Origin: Eledone cirrhosa
Taxonomy: Eukaryota
Assembly: GCA_964016885.1 (NCBI GenBank)
Contig: OZ024749.1
Coordinates: 9,052,001 to 9,116,000, forward strand
Direction of reading: 5' to 3'
Length of the DNA: 64,000 bases
The notes under the pieces were generated by a model. That model saw only the letters and a list, made by a program, of their open reading frames with translations, was not told where the DNA came from and searched no databases. Every line of letters starts with the position of its first letter. Position 1 is the first letter of the stretch. The position numbers were made by a program, and so were the translations under genes. Shown here in pieces: positions 1 to 14,000 of the stretch.

Positions 1-213
1 GGGACTGTTGCAACATTTAGGGGGGTATTTTGAATATTTTGGTGCAACTGATGCAACATTTAGGGGGGTATTTTGAATATTTTGGTGGGACTGATGCAAG
101 ATTTAGGGGGGTATTTTGAATATTTTGGTGGGACTGATGCAACATTTAGGGGAGTATTTTGAATATTTTGGTGGGACTATTTCCATATTTAGAGAGGTAA
201 TTTGAATATCTTG
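1..213. repeat. 43-bp minisatellite, about 5 copies, probably continuing past the window start
   Basis: Unit gggactgatgcaacatttaggggggtattttgaatattttggt starts at 1, 44, 87, 130 and, degenerate, at 173. Confidence 0.9.
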
Positions 214-429
214 CTAAGAGCAATTTGGCAATTGTAAAATGTAACACAAGAATAAAATTAGTTCTTTTTTATTTTTATAATTAATTAGATTTTATCTTTT
301 AATATAAAAATGTTTCCAGGGTAACGGGTGGGTAGGGGGCATGGATTTCATTTTAGATGTCCTGGCATGGCGCAAAAAGGGTTGAGAATCCACATTATTG
401 GCGCTTCCTCGTTGGCTCCGATAATGTTA

Positions 430-589
430 GTAACAACAACAACGCTAGCAGCAGCAACAACAACGGTAGCAGCAACAACAACAACAGTAGCAGCAACAAC
501 GCTAACAGCAGCAACAACAACAACAGCAGAAACAACAACAACAGTAGCAGCAACAACAACAACAGCAGAAACAACAACAACGCTAACAG

Positions 590-623
<34 letters not shown>

Positions 624-1289
624 AGCAGCAGAAACAACAACAACGCTAACAGCAGCAACAACAACGGTAGCAGCAGCAACAACAACAGTAGTAGCAACAA
701 CAACAATAACAGCAGTAACAACAATAACAGCAGCAGTAACAACATCAGCAGTAACAGTATCTACAGCAACAATAGAAGTAACGTCAGCGACAACAGCAGC
801 AGCAACAGCAGCAACAGTAGCAACAGTAGAAGTAACGTCAGCGACGGCAGCAGCAGCAACAGTAGAAGTAACGTCAGTGACAGCAGCAGCAACAGTAGCA
901 ACAGTAGATGTAACGTCAGCGACAACAGCAGCAGCAACAGTAGCAACAGTAGTAGTAACGTCAGCGACAATAGCAGCAGCAACAGTAGCAACAGTAGCAA
1001 CAGTAGTAATAACGTCAGCGACGGCAGCAGCAGCAACAGTAGAAGTAACGTCAGCGACAGCAGCAGCAGCAGTAGCAACAGTAGAAGTAACGTCAGCGAC
1101 GGCAGCAGCAACAGTAGCAACAGTAGAAGTAACGTCAGCAGCAACAACAGTAGCAACAGTAGCAACAGTAGTAGTAACGTCAGCGACAGCAGCAGCAGCA
1201 ACAGCAGCAACAGCAGCAACAGCAGCAACAGTAGTAGCTATATTATCAGTGACAACAACAGCGACAACAACAACAATAACAGCAACAGG

Positions 1290-1353
<64 letters not shown>

Positions 1354-1439
1354 TCATCATCATCAACAACAACAACAGCAACAACAACAACATCAACAAC
1401 AACAACAGCAACAACAACATCAAGAACAACATCATCATC

Positions 1440-1505
<66 letters not shown>

Positions 1506-1540
1506 AGCAACAATAACAACAACAACAATAACAGCAACAA
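430..1540. repeat. Compound (ACA/GCA/GTA)n trinucleotide microsatellite
   Basis: Direct reading; explains the Thr/Ala-, Asn/Ser- and Leu-rich ORFs. Confidence 0.95.
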
Positions 1541-1715
1541 AGCAGAAGAGAGACCCTCAAGGTAGTCACTCGAAATTTAGAAATAGCAGCCAAAATTCTC
1601 TCCAAATACGATGAAGAGAAGACGTTACTGGGAGCTACAGACTTGGTAGAGTTGGTCGTGGATGGAGTGTGTTTGGCCAGCACTGACCTATCCTTAAAAT
1701 ACTACCAATAATGTC

Positions 1716-1719
1716 CTAT

Positions 1720-1760
<41 letters not shown>

Positions 1761-1791
1761 TTACTACTACTACTACCACCACTTCTATTAT

Positions 1792-1823
<32 letters not shown>

Positions 1824-1922
1824 TAACTACTACTACTACCACCACTTCTACTACTACTACTACTACTACTACTACCACTACTTCTACTACTACTACTATA
1901 ACTACTACTACTACCACCACTT

Positions 1923-1953
<31 letters not shown>

Positions 1954-2274
1954 CACTACTTCTACTATTACTACTATAACTACTACTACTACCACCACTT
2001 CTACTACTACTACTACTACTACTACCACTACTTCTACTATTACTACTATAACTACTACTACTACCACCACTTCTACTATTACTACTACTACTACTACTAC
2101 TACAAATACTTCTTTTACAACTACTACTACTATTACCATTTCTACTTCTACAACTGCCACTACTACTACTACTAACACTACTACCACTACTACTGCTACT
2201 ACTACTACTTTTACTACTACTACCACCAGCACAACCATCACTACTACTAATACTACCATCCACATCACCAACAT

Positions 2275-2319
<45 letters not shown>

Positions 2320-2362
2320 CACAAGCTCACCATCACTATTACTACTTTTACTACTACTACTA
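1716..2362. repeat. (TAC)n microsatellite with higher-order interruptions
   Basis: Direct reading; the poly-Y/V/S ORFs are its translations. Confidence 0.95.
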
Positions 2363-2364
2363 TA

Positions 2365-2785
2365 GCAGTGACAACAGTACTAACACCTATACTACAGCAG
2401 TGACTGTAACAGTACTAACACCTGTACTACAGCAGTGACTGTAACAGTACTAACACCTATACTACAACAGTGACTGTAACAGTACTAACACCTATACTAC
2501 AACAGTACTAACACCAATACTACAGCAATACCAACACTTATACTACAACAGTCACTGTAACAGTACTAACACCTATACTACAACAGTACTAACACCAATA
2601 CTACAGCAATACCAACACCTATACTACAACAGTGACTGTAACAGTACTAACACCTATACTACAACAGTACTAACACCAATACTACAGTAGTACCAACACC
2701 TATACTACAACAGTGACTGTAGAAGTACTAACACCTATACTACAGCAGTACTAACACCTATACTACAGCAGTGACTGTAGAAGTA
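2365..2785. repeat. 33/21-bp minisatellite (acagtgactgtaacagtactaacacctatacta and subunits)
   Basis: Recurrent acagtactaacacctatactac modules. Confidence 0.85.
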
Positions 2786-2879
2786 ACGATAACAGAAACA
2801 GTAGCAATAAAAGTAAGATTAGAGCGGGTTTTGGCAAGATAGAGATGTATGTGTGTATGTGTATGTGTATGTGTATGTA

Positions 2880-2919
<40 letters not shown>

Positions 2920-3026
2920 TGTGTATGTGCGTGTATGTATGTGTGTGTATATGTGTGTGTATGTGTGTGTGTATATGTATGTATGTGTGTGTGTATGTGT
3001 GTGTGTGTATGTGCGTGTGTATGTGT

Positions 3027-3415
3027 TATCTCTTTCTCTTAATTTCGAGTATATATTTTTTGACCGGCCACCTTCCTGGTGGCAAGGTTGTAAAAGAAAA
3101 GAAATTGTCATCCCTTGAATCGCAAGAATGTTTTGCAAATTTTGAAGGTGCCAGCTATCGTAGCCATTTGTAGACTATGAATTAGGGAGCTGCGCTCTTT
3201 GTCCGCAAATCCAAGTTCAGTCATACTTTGGTCCAAGTGGGTTGGTATATAACCCGTAGCTCCAATAATGATGGGTATGAAGCTAAAGGTGTATCTTGGA
3301 TACTGGATTTGTAAACTCCTCATCAATGGTCCGTAGATGTCCTCCTTCTCCTGTATTTTTCTGATAACGTTTACATCAAGTGGGCAGCTGATCTCCGCAA
3401 CAGAACACGTTTTCA
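3027..3415 (-). mobile_element. 5'-truncated non-LTR retrotransposon 3' end with restriction-like endonuclease C-terminus (R4/Dong-like RLE clade) and short 3' UTR
   Basis: Minus-strand peptide KTCSVAEISCPLDVNVIRKIQEKEDIYGPL...FIPIIIGATGYIP...LQMATIAGTFKICKTFL* matches the RLE pattern E-x-S-C-P-x-D-x-N...K-x-x-E-K-x-x-x-Y...P-I-I-I-G-A-x-G; stop near 3108; flanked on both sides by (GT)n. Confidence 0.8.
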
Positions 3416-3474
3416 ATGTGTGGATGCGTGTGTGTATGTATGTGTATGTGTATGTGTGTGAGAGAGAGAGAGAG

Positions 3475-3586
<112 letters not shown>

Positions 3587-3708
3587 TGTGTATGCGTATG
3601 TATGTGAGAGAGAGTATGTGTTCTGTGTGTGTATGCCGAAAAACATGCATATTTTTATATCGACGAAACGTTTTTTCAAATATTCTGATGTCGTTATTTT
3701 TTAACCAA

Positions 3709-3893
3709 GTGGATTGGCAGTATCGGTAGAGGGTCGGGCGCCATGCTTTCCAGCATAGTTACGTCCCTTTACGATCTGAGTTCAAATCCCGCCGAGGTTG
3801 ACTTTGCCTTTCATCCTTACGTGGTCGATAAAATAAAGTACCAGTAATGTACTTGTTAATTGCTGGCCTTGTGCTTAAAGTAGAAACAGTTAT
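3709..3893 (+). mobile_element. tRNA-derived SINE, family S1
   Basis: A-box-like tggcagtatcgg, B-box gagttcaaatccc, core gttgactttgcctttcatcc...gtcgataaaataaagtaccag; near-identical copies at 25667, 38489-38922 and 43211. Confidence 0.85.
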
Positions 3894-4169
3894 TTTTTAG
3901 CCTCCAATTTCATCAACAGTTCAAAATTCTACAGAAAAATTAATAGTTCCGGTGTTAAAATCTCATTCCAGAGATCTCGTTTACATTCCTGTATTCGTAT
4001 TCGTTTATAGCGTTTGAACAAACTTAGTTTCAATTCCTATATTCGTCTATCCGTGTTCGTTTACTGTAGTTGAACAAACGTGACTAAGATTCGTGTATAC
4101 CTGTAGTCATGGATTAGTGTTCGTTTAACCTTGTTGAACAAACAGCACAACTGTCATATATGGAGCAAT

Positions 4170-7100
4170 GGGTGACGAGACACCTCCACCCCACTTGACC
4201 GCCAGTTCTGGGTGACGAGAGACTTCCACCTGACCTGACCACCAGCTCTAGGTGACGAGAGACCTCCACCCCATTTGACCACCAGCTCTGGGTGACGAGA
4301 GACCTCCACCCCATTTGACCACCAGCTCTGGGTGACGAGAGACCTCCACCCCACTTGACCACCAGCTCTGGGTGACGTGAGGCCTCCACCTGACCACCAG
4401 CTCTGGGTGACGAGAGACCTCCACGCCACTTGACCACCAGCTCTGGGTGACGTGAGGCCTCCACCCCATTTGACCACCAGCTCTGGGTGACGTGAGGCCT
4501 CCACCTGACCACCAGCTCTGGGTGACGAGAGACCTCCACGCCACTTGACCACCAGCTCTGGGTGACGTGAGGCCTCCACCCCATTTGACCACCAGCTCTG
4601 GGTGACGAGAGACCTCCACGCCACTTGACCGCCAGCTCTGGGTGACGAGCGACCTCCACCCCACTTGACCGTCAGTTCTGGGTGACGAGAGACCTCCACC
4701 CCACTTGACCACCAGTTCTGGGTGACGAGAGACTTCCACTCCACTTGACCACCAGCTCTGGGTGACGAGAGACCTCCACCCCATTTGACCACCAGCTCGG
4801 GGTGACGAGAGACCTCCACCCCATTTGACCACCAGCTCTGGGTGACGAGAGACCTCCACCCCAATTGACCACCAGCTCTGGGTGACGTGAGGCCTCCACC
4901 CCATTTGACCACCAGCTATGGGTGACGTGAGGCCTCCACCTGACCACCAGCTCTGGGTGACGAGAGACCTCCACGCCACTTGACCGCCAGCTCTGTGTGA
5001 CGAGAGACCTCCACGCCACTTGACCGCCAGCTCTGGGTGACGAGAGACCTCCACCCCACTTGACCGCCAGTTCTGGATGACGAGAGACCTCCACCCCACT
5101 TGAGCACCAGTTCTGGGTGACGAGAGACCTCCACACAACTTGACCGCCAGCTCTGGGTGACGAGAGACCTCCACCCCACTTGACCACCAGTTCTGGGTGA
5201 TGAGAGACCTCCACTCCACTTGACCACCAGCTCTGGGTGACGAGAGACCTCCACACCACATGACCGCCAGTTCTGGGTGACGAGAGACCGTCACGCTACT
5301 TGACCGCCGGCTTTGGGTGACGAGAGACCGCCACCTGACTTGACCGCCAGCTCTGGGTGACGAGAGACCGCCACCTGACTTGACCGCCGGCTCTGGATGA
5401 CGAGAGACCTCCACTCCACTTGACCACCAGCTCTGGGTGACGAGAGACCTCCACACCACATGACCGCCAGTTCTGGGTGACGAGAGACCTCCACACCACA
5501 TGACCGCCAGTTCTGGGTGACGAGAGACCGTCACGCTACTTGACCGCCGGCTTTGGGTGACGAGAGACCGCCACCTGACTTGACCGCCAGCTCTGGGTGA
5601 CGAGAGACCGCCACCTGACTTGACCGCCGGCTCTGGGTGACGAGAGACCTCCATACCACTTGACCGCCAGCTCTGTGTGACCATAGACCTCCATACCACT
5701 TGACCGCCAGTTCTGGGTGACAAGAGACCGCCACCTGACTTGACCGCCGGCTCTGGATGACGAGAGACCTCCATACCACTTGACCACCAGTTCTGGGTGA
5801 CGAGAGACCTCCACCCCACTTGACCACCAGCTCTGGGTGACGAGAGACCTCCACCCCATTTGACCACCAGCTCTGGGTGACGAGAGACTTCCACCCCAAT
5901 TGACCACCAGCTCTGGGTGACGAGAGACCTCCACCCCATTTGACCACCAGCTCTGGGTGACGAGAGACCTCCACCCCATTTGACCACCAGCTCTGGGTGA
6001 CGTGAGGCCTCCACCCCATTTGACCACCAGCTATGGGTGACGTGAGGCCTCCACGTGACCGCCAGCTCTGGGTGACGAGAGACCGCCACCTGACTTGACC
6101 GCCGGCTCTGGATGACGAGAGACCGCCACCTGACTTGACTGCCGGCTCTGGATGACGAGAGACCGCCACCTGACTTGACCGCCGGCTCTGGATGACGAGA
6201 GACCTCCATACCACTTGACCGCCAGCTCTGGATGACGAGCGACCTCCACCTGACTTGACCGCCGGCTCTGGATGACGAGAGACCTCCATACCACTTGACC
6301 GCCAGCTCTGGATGACGAGCGACCGCCACCTGACTTGACCGCCAGCTCTGGGTGATGAGAGACCGCCACCTGACTTGACCGCCGGCTCTGGATGACGAGA
6401 GACCTCCATACCACTTGACCGCCAGCTCTGGATGACGAGAGACCGCCACCTGACTTGACCGCCAGCTCTGGGTGATGAGAGACCGCCACCTGACTTGACC
6501 GCCGGCTCTGGATGACGAGAGACCGCCACCTGACTTGACCGCCAGCTCTGGGTGACGAGAGACCTCCATACCACTTGACCGCCAGCTCTGGATGACGAGC
6601 GACCTCCACCCCACTTGACCGCCAGTTCTGGATGACGAGAGACCTCCACCCCACTTGAGCACCAGTTCTGGGTGACGAGAGACCCCACACGACTTGACCA
6701 CCAGCTCTGGGTGACGAGAGACCTCCACCCCACTTGACCACCAGTTCTGGGTGACGAGAGACTTCCACTCCACTTGACCACCAGCTCTGGGTGACGAGAG
6801 ACCTCCACCCTATTTGACCACCAGCTCTGGGTGACGAGAGACCTCCACCCCCATTTGACCACCAGCTCTGGGTGACGAGAGACCTCCACCCCAATTGACC
6901 ACCAGCTCTGGGTGACGTGAGGCCTCCACCCCATTTGACCACCAGCTCTGGGTGACGTGAGGCCTCCACCTGACCACCAGCTCTGGGTGACGAGAGACCT
7001 CAACGCCACTTGACCGCCAGCTCTGTGTGACGAGAGACCTCCACGCTACTTGACCGCCAGCTCTGGGTGACGAGAGACCTCCACCCCACTTGACCGCCAG

Positions 7101-8618
7101 TTCTGGAAGACGAGAGACCTCCACCCCACTTGAGCACCAGTTCTGGGTGACGAGAGACCTCCACACGACTTGATCGCCAGCTCTGGGTGACGAGAGACCG
7201 CCACGCTACTTGGCCGCCGGCTCTGGGTGACGAGAGACCTCCACCCTACTTGACCGCCAGCTCTGGGTGACGAGAGACCTCCACCCTACTTGACCACCAG
7301 TTCTGTGTGACGAGAGACCTCCACTCCACTTGACCACCAGCTCTGGGTGACGAGAGACCTCCACCCCACTTGACCGCCAGCTCTGGGTGACGAGAGACCT
7401 CCACCCCACTTGACCACCATCTCTGGGTGACGAGAGACCTCCACCCCACTTGACCACCAGCTCTGGGTGACGAGAGACCTCCACCCCACTTGACCGCCAG
7501 CTCTGGATGACGAGAGACCGCCACGCTACTTGGCCGCCGGCTCTGGGTGACGAGAGACCTCCATACCGCTTGACCGCCAGCTCTGGGTGACGAGAGACCT
7601 CCACCCTACTTGACCGCCAGCTCTGGGTGACGAGAGACCTCCATGCTACTTGACCGCCAGCTCTGGGTGACGAGAGACATCCACACCACTTGACCGCCAG
7701 ATCTGGGTGACGAAAGACCGCCACGTTACTTGACCGCCGGCTTTGGGTGACGAGAGACCGCCACCTGACTTGACCGCCAGCTCTGGGTGACGAGAGACCG
7801 CCACCTGACTTGACCGCCGGCTCTGGATGACGAGATACCTCCACCCCACTTGACCACCAGCTCTGGGTGACGAGAGACCTCCATACCACTTGACCGCCAG
7901 CTCTGGGTGACCAGAGACCTCCATACCACTTGACCGCCAGTTCTGGGTGACGAGAGACAGCCACGCTACTTGACCGCCGGCTTTGGGTGACGAGAGACCT
8001 CCACCTGACTTGACCGCCAGCTCTGGGTGACGAGAGACAGCCACCTGACTTGACCGCCAGCTCTGGGTGACGAGAGACCGCCACCTGACTTGACCGCCGG
8101 CTCTGGATAACGAGAGACCTCCATACCACTTGACCACCAGTTCTGGATGACGAGAGACCGCCACCTGACTTGCCGCCAGTTCTGGATGAAGAGAGACCCC
8201 CACCTGACTTGACCGCCAGCTCTGGGTGACGAGAGACCTCCATACCACTTGACCGCCAGCTCTGGATGACGAGAGACCGCCACCTGACTTGACCGCCGGC
8301 TCTGGATGACGAGAGACCTCCATACCACTTGACCGCCAGCTCTGGGTGACGAGAGACCACCACCTGACTTGACCGCCGGCTCTGGATGACGAGAGACCTC
8401 AACCTGACTTGACCGCCAGCTGTAGGTGACGAGAGACCGCCACCTGACTTTACCTCCGGCTCTGAATGACGAGAGACCTCCACCTGATTTGACCGCCGGC
8501 TCTGGATGACGAGAGACCTCCATCTGACTTGACCGCCAGCTCTGGATGACGAGAGACCTCCATCTGACTTGACCGCCGGCTGTAGGTGACAAGAGATCTC
8601 CACTCTGGGTGACGAGAC
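4170..8618. repeat. GC-rich 40-bp minisatellite with 35-bp deletion variants, about 110 copies
   Basis: Unit gggtgacgagagacctccaccccacttgaccaccagctct; the long minus-strand ORFs cycle through all three frames of this unit. Confidence 0.97.
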
Positions 8619-9272
8619 TACGCTATATATATACAACCAACCAACACTACGCTATATATACTACCAACCAACACTACGTTATATATACTACCAACCAACA
8701 CTACGTTATATATACTACCAACCAACACTATGCTATATATACTACCAACCAACACTACGTTATATATACTACCAACCAACACTACGTTATATATACTACC
8801 AACCAACACTACGTTATATATATACTACCAACCAACACTATGCTACATATACTACCAACCAACACTACGTTATATATACTACCAACCAACACTACGTTAT
8901 ATATACTACCAACCAACACTATGCTATATATACTACCAACCAACACTACGTTATATATACTACCAACCAACACTACGTTATATGTACTACCAACCAACAC
9001 TGCGCTATATATACTACCAACCAACACTACGTTATATATACTACCAACCAACACTACGTTATATATACTACCAACCAACACTACGTTATATATACTACCA
9101 ACCAACACTATGCTATATATACTACCAACCAACACCACGTTATATATACTACCAACCAACACTACGTTATGTATACTACCAACTAACACTACGCTATATA
9201 TACTACCAACTAACACTACGCTATATATACAACAAAGCAGTACACTACCAACGAGCACTACGTTATATATAC
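8619..9272. repeat. 27-bp minisatellite, about 24 copies
   Basis: Unit actaccaaccaacactacgttatatat. Confidence 0.95.
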
Positions 9273-9362
9273 TGCATAGCTACGGCTTTGTAAATGTTTA
9301 TCTATAAACATACCGTGTTTTTTCAGAAATACGAAATTCCAATATATATATATATATATATA

Positions 9363-9555
9363 GGAAAAGAGTCAGTACCCCGACGGCTGAGCTCTTGCCG
9401 TTTCGACAGCTATTTCTGAATTGAAATAGCTGTCGAAACGGCCGGAGCTCAGCCGTCGGAGTCCTGACTCTTTTCCTGTTACCCACTCTACTACCCATAA
9501 TATCGAGCACTCTGGTGCGTTATGATCTACCTGGTTCCTTACCACACTTCCTTCG

Positions 9556-9557
<2 letters not shown>
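9363..9557 (+). mobile_element. Fold-back element (family B), probable Penelope-like pseudo-LTR remnant containing the 3' half of a hammerhead
   Basis: Inverted arms 9363-9416/9423-9476 plus an ~80-bp tail, flanked by (TA)n; GAAA-CGGC-loop-GCCG-TC at 9435-9457; siblings at 18811-18870 and 33431-33590. Confidence 0.65.
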
Positions 9558-9595
<38 letters not shown>

Positions 9596-9602
<7 letters not shown>

Positions 9603-9797
9603 TAAACGGAATAGAAAATGCTGACAAATTGTTCACAGTTGAAAAATGGTTTAATTAGGAATAAAAGAGTATTAGTGATTGTATGGGTTAGTATTCAGTT
9701 GTGGTTTTAAGTTTTTAAGTTTTTACCGGTTGCGCATTTCTAAATGCTTTTCAAAAATAATTTTGAGATAGAGTGTCCGTGCTGTTTGCTCTGATCA
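9596..9797 (-). mobile_element. Dispersed ~200-bp repeat (family C), near-identical to 31478-31679, with a variant hammerhead-like motif
   Basis: Direct comparison of the two copies; minus strand reads TTGAAAA-gcattt-ag-aaatgc-GCAA-ccgg-TA at 9720-9757. Confidence 0.7.
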
Positions 9798-9849
9798 AGG
9801 AAACGACACAACAGAAGTACAAAGAGTTAATGAGTCTTATTAGTCTCAC

Positions 9850-9955
9850 GTTTGATATGGATTCTCGGACCGGGTGATGTGTTGCGCCCTTGAGCAAGAC
9901 ACTTTATTACAGTAGTGTTGCTCCAGTCTACTCAGCTGTAGAAATGAGTTGCGAT
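9850..9955 (+). mobile_element. tRNA-derived SINE fragment, family S2 (CORE-like centre)
   Basis: ccttgagcaagacactttatt...gttgctccagtctactcagctg is shared with 22540-22760 and 32395-32541. Confidence 0.7.
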
Positions 9956-10512
9956 CCTGCCAAATCAATGGGTGGCAGTAGTTCCAGCTGCACGCATCGA
10001 AAGACTGGTGTAGTGGTTCTGAGAACAATGCAGCTTTGTAGATAATCAATGCAAATTGACAATGTAAAGGTGCTCCCGCTCGAGTTAGAAGAGAACTATT
10101 GACCTTCAGGAGAAGCAGTGACCCCTGATTGTATTCAGCAACTGAAACAAATATGAAGTACACCAAATCCAATGCTCCTAGGGGCGGCCCTAGTTCTTAT
10201 TTGCGAGTGTAAACTGGCCCAGTATAGAATAGAATTTATATGGAAAAGAGGAAAGAAAGTTCGAATATATATATTGTGGAGCACATGTGTATATAATATA
10301 CGCACAAATACATTTTAGAGATGTGATGTAAAATTATGAAGCTCACATGAATGGATAATCTATATACACCTACATTTTTAAATATGTGATGTATATTCTA
10401 AAACAGATGTATATATATATTATACGCACACAAATATATCTACATAGATTAATTACTGTCCTGTAGGCTTCTCAGATTAAGAGTCACTATTACTTAAATT
10501 GTCTTTTTCTTT

Positions 10513-10550
<38 letters not shown>

Positions 10551-10595
10551 AGCGTGTGTGTGTATGTATGTATGTAAGTATGTATGTGTATATAT

Positions 10596-10758
<163 letters not shown>

Positions 10759-11008
10759 TGCATTCCTTCTCTCTGACTATCTATCTTTCTATCTATTCAT
10801 CTATCATACAAAATGGCGTCTCTTTAATGAAAATGTCTTGTGATTAGTGAACGTGATTTTAGCCTCACTCCATGAGACAATCACTCACCTCCGATTAACG
10901 CAAAAAATATAAACTAACCTCTTATTTATTCTCTTATTCGTGTATTTTATTTCATTTTATATTATTTGTTTATCTATCTCTGTTTTGGTTTACAGTTTTG
11001 AAGTGTGC

Positions 11009-14000
11009 AGAAGACTAACAACAACTAAAACACATCCTATACAACAACAAGACTAACAACAACTAAAACACATCCTATACAACAACAAGACTAACAACAA
11101 CTAAAACACATCCTATACAACAACAAGACTAACAACAACTAAAACACATCCTATACAACAACAAGACTAACAACAACTAAAACACATCCTATACAACAAC
11201 AAGACTAACAACAACTAAAACACATCCTATACAACAACAAGACTAACAACAACTAAAACACATCCTACACAACAACAAGACTAACAACAACTAAAACACA
11301 TCCTATACAACAACAAGTTTAACAACAACTAAAACACATCCTATACAACAACAAGACTAACAACAACTAAAACACATCCTACACAACAACAAGACTAACA
11401 ACAACTAAAACACATCCTATACAACAACAAGACTAACAACAACTAAAATACATCCTACACAAGAACAAGACTAACAACAACTAAAACACATCCTATACAA
11501 CAACAAGACTAACAACAACTAAAACACATCCTACACAACAACAAGACTAACAACAACTAAAACACATCCTACACAACAACAAGACTAACAACAAATAAAA
11601 CACATCCTACACAACAACAAGACTAACAACAACTAAAACACATCCTATACAAGAACAAGACTAACAACAACTAAAACACAGCCTATACAACAACAGGACT
11701 AACAACAACTAAAACACATCCTATACAACAACAAGACTAACAACAACTAAAACACATCCTATACAACAACAAGACTAACAACAACTAAAACACATCCTAT
11801 ACAACAACAAGACTAACAACAACTAAAACACATCCTATACAACAACAAGACTAACAACAACTAAAACACATCCTATACAACAACAAGACTAACAACAACT
11901 AAAACACATCCTACACAACAACAAGACTAACAACAACTAAAACACATCCTATACAACAACAAGACTAACAACAACTAAAACACATCCTACACAACAACAA
12001 GACTAACAACAACTAAAACACATCCTATACAACAACAAGACTAACAACAACTAAAACACATCCTATACAACAACAAGACTAACAACAACTAAAATACATC
12101 CTACACAAGAACAAGACTAACAACAACTAAAACACATCCTATACAACAACAAGACTAACAACAACTAAAACACATCCTACACAACAACAAGACTAACAAC
12201 AACTAAAACACATCCTACACAACAGCAAGACTAACAACAACTAAAACACATCCTACACAACAACAAGACTAACAACAACTAAAACACATCCTATACAACA
12301 ACAAGACTAACAACAACTAAAACACATCCTATACAACAACAAGACTAACAACAACTAAAACACATCCTACACAACAACAAGACTAACAACAACTAAAACA
12401 CATCCTACACAACAACAAGACTAACAACAACTAAAACACATCCTATACAAGAACAAGACTAACAACAACTAAAACACATCCTATACAACAACAAGACTAA
12501 CAACAACTAAAACACATCCTATACAACACCAAGACTAACAACAACTAAAACACATCTTATACAAGAAGAAGACTAACAACAACTAAAACACATCCTATAC
12601 AACAACAAGACTAACAACAACTAAAACTCATCCTACACAAGAACAAGACTAACAACAACTAAAACACATCCTATACAACAACAAGACTAACAACAACTAA
12701 AACACATCCTATACAAGAAGAAGACTAACAACAACTAAAACACATCCTATACAACAACAAGACTACAACAACTAAAACACATCCTACACAAGAACAAGAC
12801 TAACAACAACTAAAACACATCCTATACAACAACAAGACTAACAACAACTAAAACACATCCTACACAACAACAAAACTAACAACAACTAAAACACATCCTA
12901 TACAACAACAAGACTAACAACAACTAAAACACATCCTACACAAGAACAAGACTAACAACAACTAAAACACATCCTATACAACAACAAGACTAACAACAAC
13001 TAAAACACATCCTATACAACAACAAGACTAACAACAACTAAAATACATCCTACACAACAACAAGACTAACAACAACTAAAACACATCCTATACAACAACA
13101 AGACTAACAACAACTAAAACACATCCTATACAACAACAAGACTAACAACAACTAAAACACATCCTATACAACAACAAGACTAACAACAACTAAAATACAT
13201 CCTACACAACAACAAGACTAACAACAACTAAAACACATCCTATACAACAACAAGACTAACAACAACTAAAACACATCCTATACAACAACAAGACTAACAA
13301 CAACTAAAACACATCCTACACAACAACAAGACTAACAACAACTAAAACACATCCTATACAACAACAAGACTAACAACAACTAAAACACATCCTATACAAC
13401 AACAAGACTAACAACAACTAAAACACATCCTATACAACAACAAGACTAACAACAACTAAAACACATCCTATACAACAACAAGACTAACAACAACTAAAAC
13501 ACATCCTACACAACAACAAGACTAACAACAACTAAAACACATCCTATACAACAACAAGACTAACAACAACTAAAACACATCCTACACAACAACAAGACTA
13601 ACAACAACTAAAACACATCCTATACAACAACAAGACTAACAACAACTACAACACATCCTACACAAGAACAAGACTAACAACAACTACAACACATACTATA
13701 CAAGAAGAAGACTAACAACAACTACAACACATCCTATACAACAACAAGACTAACAACAACTACAACACATCCTATACAACAAGAAGACTAACAACAACTA
13801 CAACACATCCTATACAACAACAAGACTAACAACAACTACAACACATCCTACACAACAACAAGACTAACAACAACTACAACACATCCTATACAACAACAAG
13901 ACTAACAACAACTACAATACATCCTATACAACAACAAGACTAACAACAACTACAACACATCCTATACAACAACAAGACTAACAACAACTACAACACATCC

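Noticed and set aside
328-1614. 428-aa mucin-like Thr/Ala ORF and overlapping Asn/Ser ORF
   Set aside because: Translation of a trinucleotide microsatellite, open in several frames, with no signal peptide or domain
1541-1712. Open frame SRRETLKVVTRNLEIAAKILSK... between two microsatellites
   Set aside because: No start codon or splice signals and no recognisable domain; more likely a repeat relic
4170-8618. CRISPR-like repeat/spacer appearance
   Set aside because: The variable parts are only ~8 bp and recur; there are no unique spacers or cas genes, and the context is eukaryotic
4114-8636. Long minus-strand ORFs up to 841 aa
   Set aside because: The 40-bp unit is not a multiple of 3, so the same three peptides appear in all frames; this is a repeat artefact
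9846-10172. 108-aa minus-strand ORF with an acceptor-like site near 10141
   Set aside because: Partly overlaps a SINE, has no clear donor site and no recognisable protein similarity
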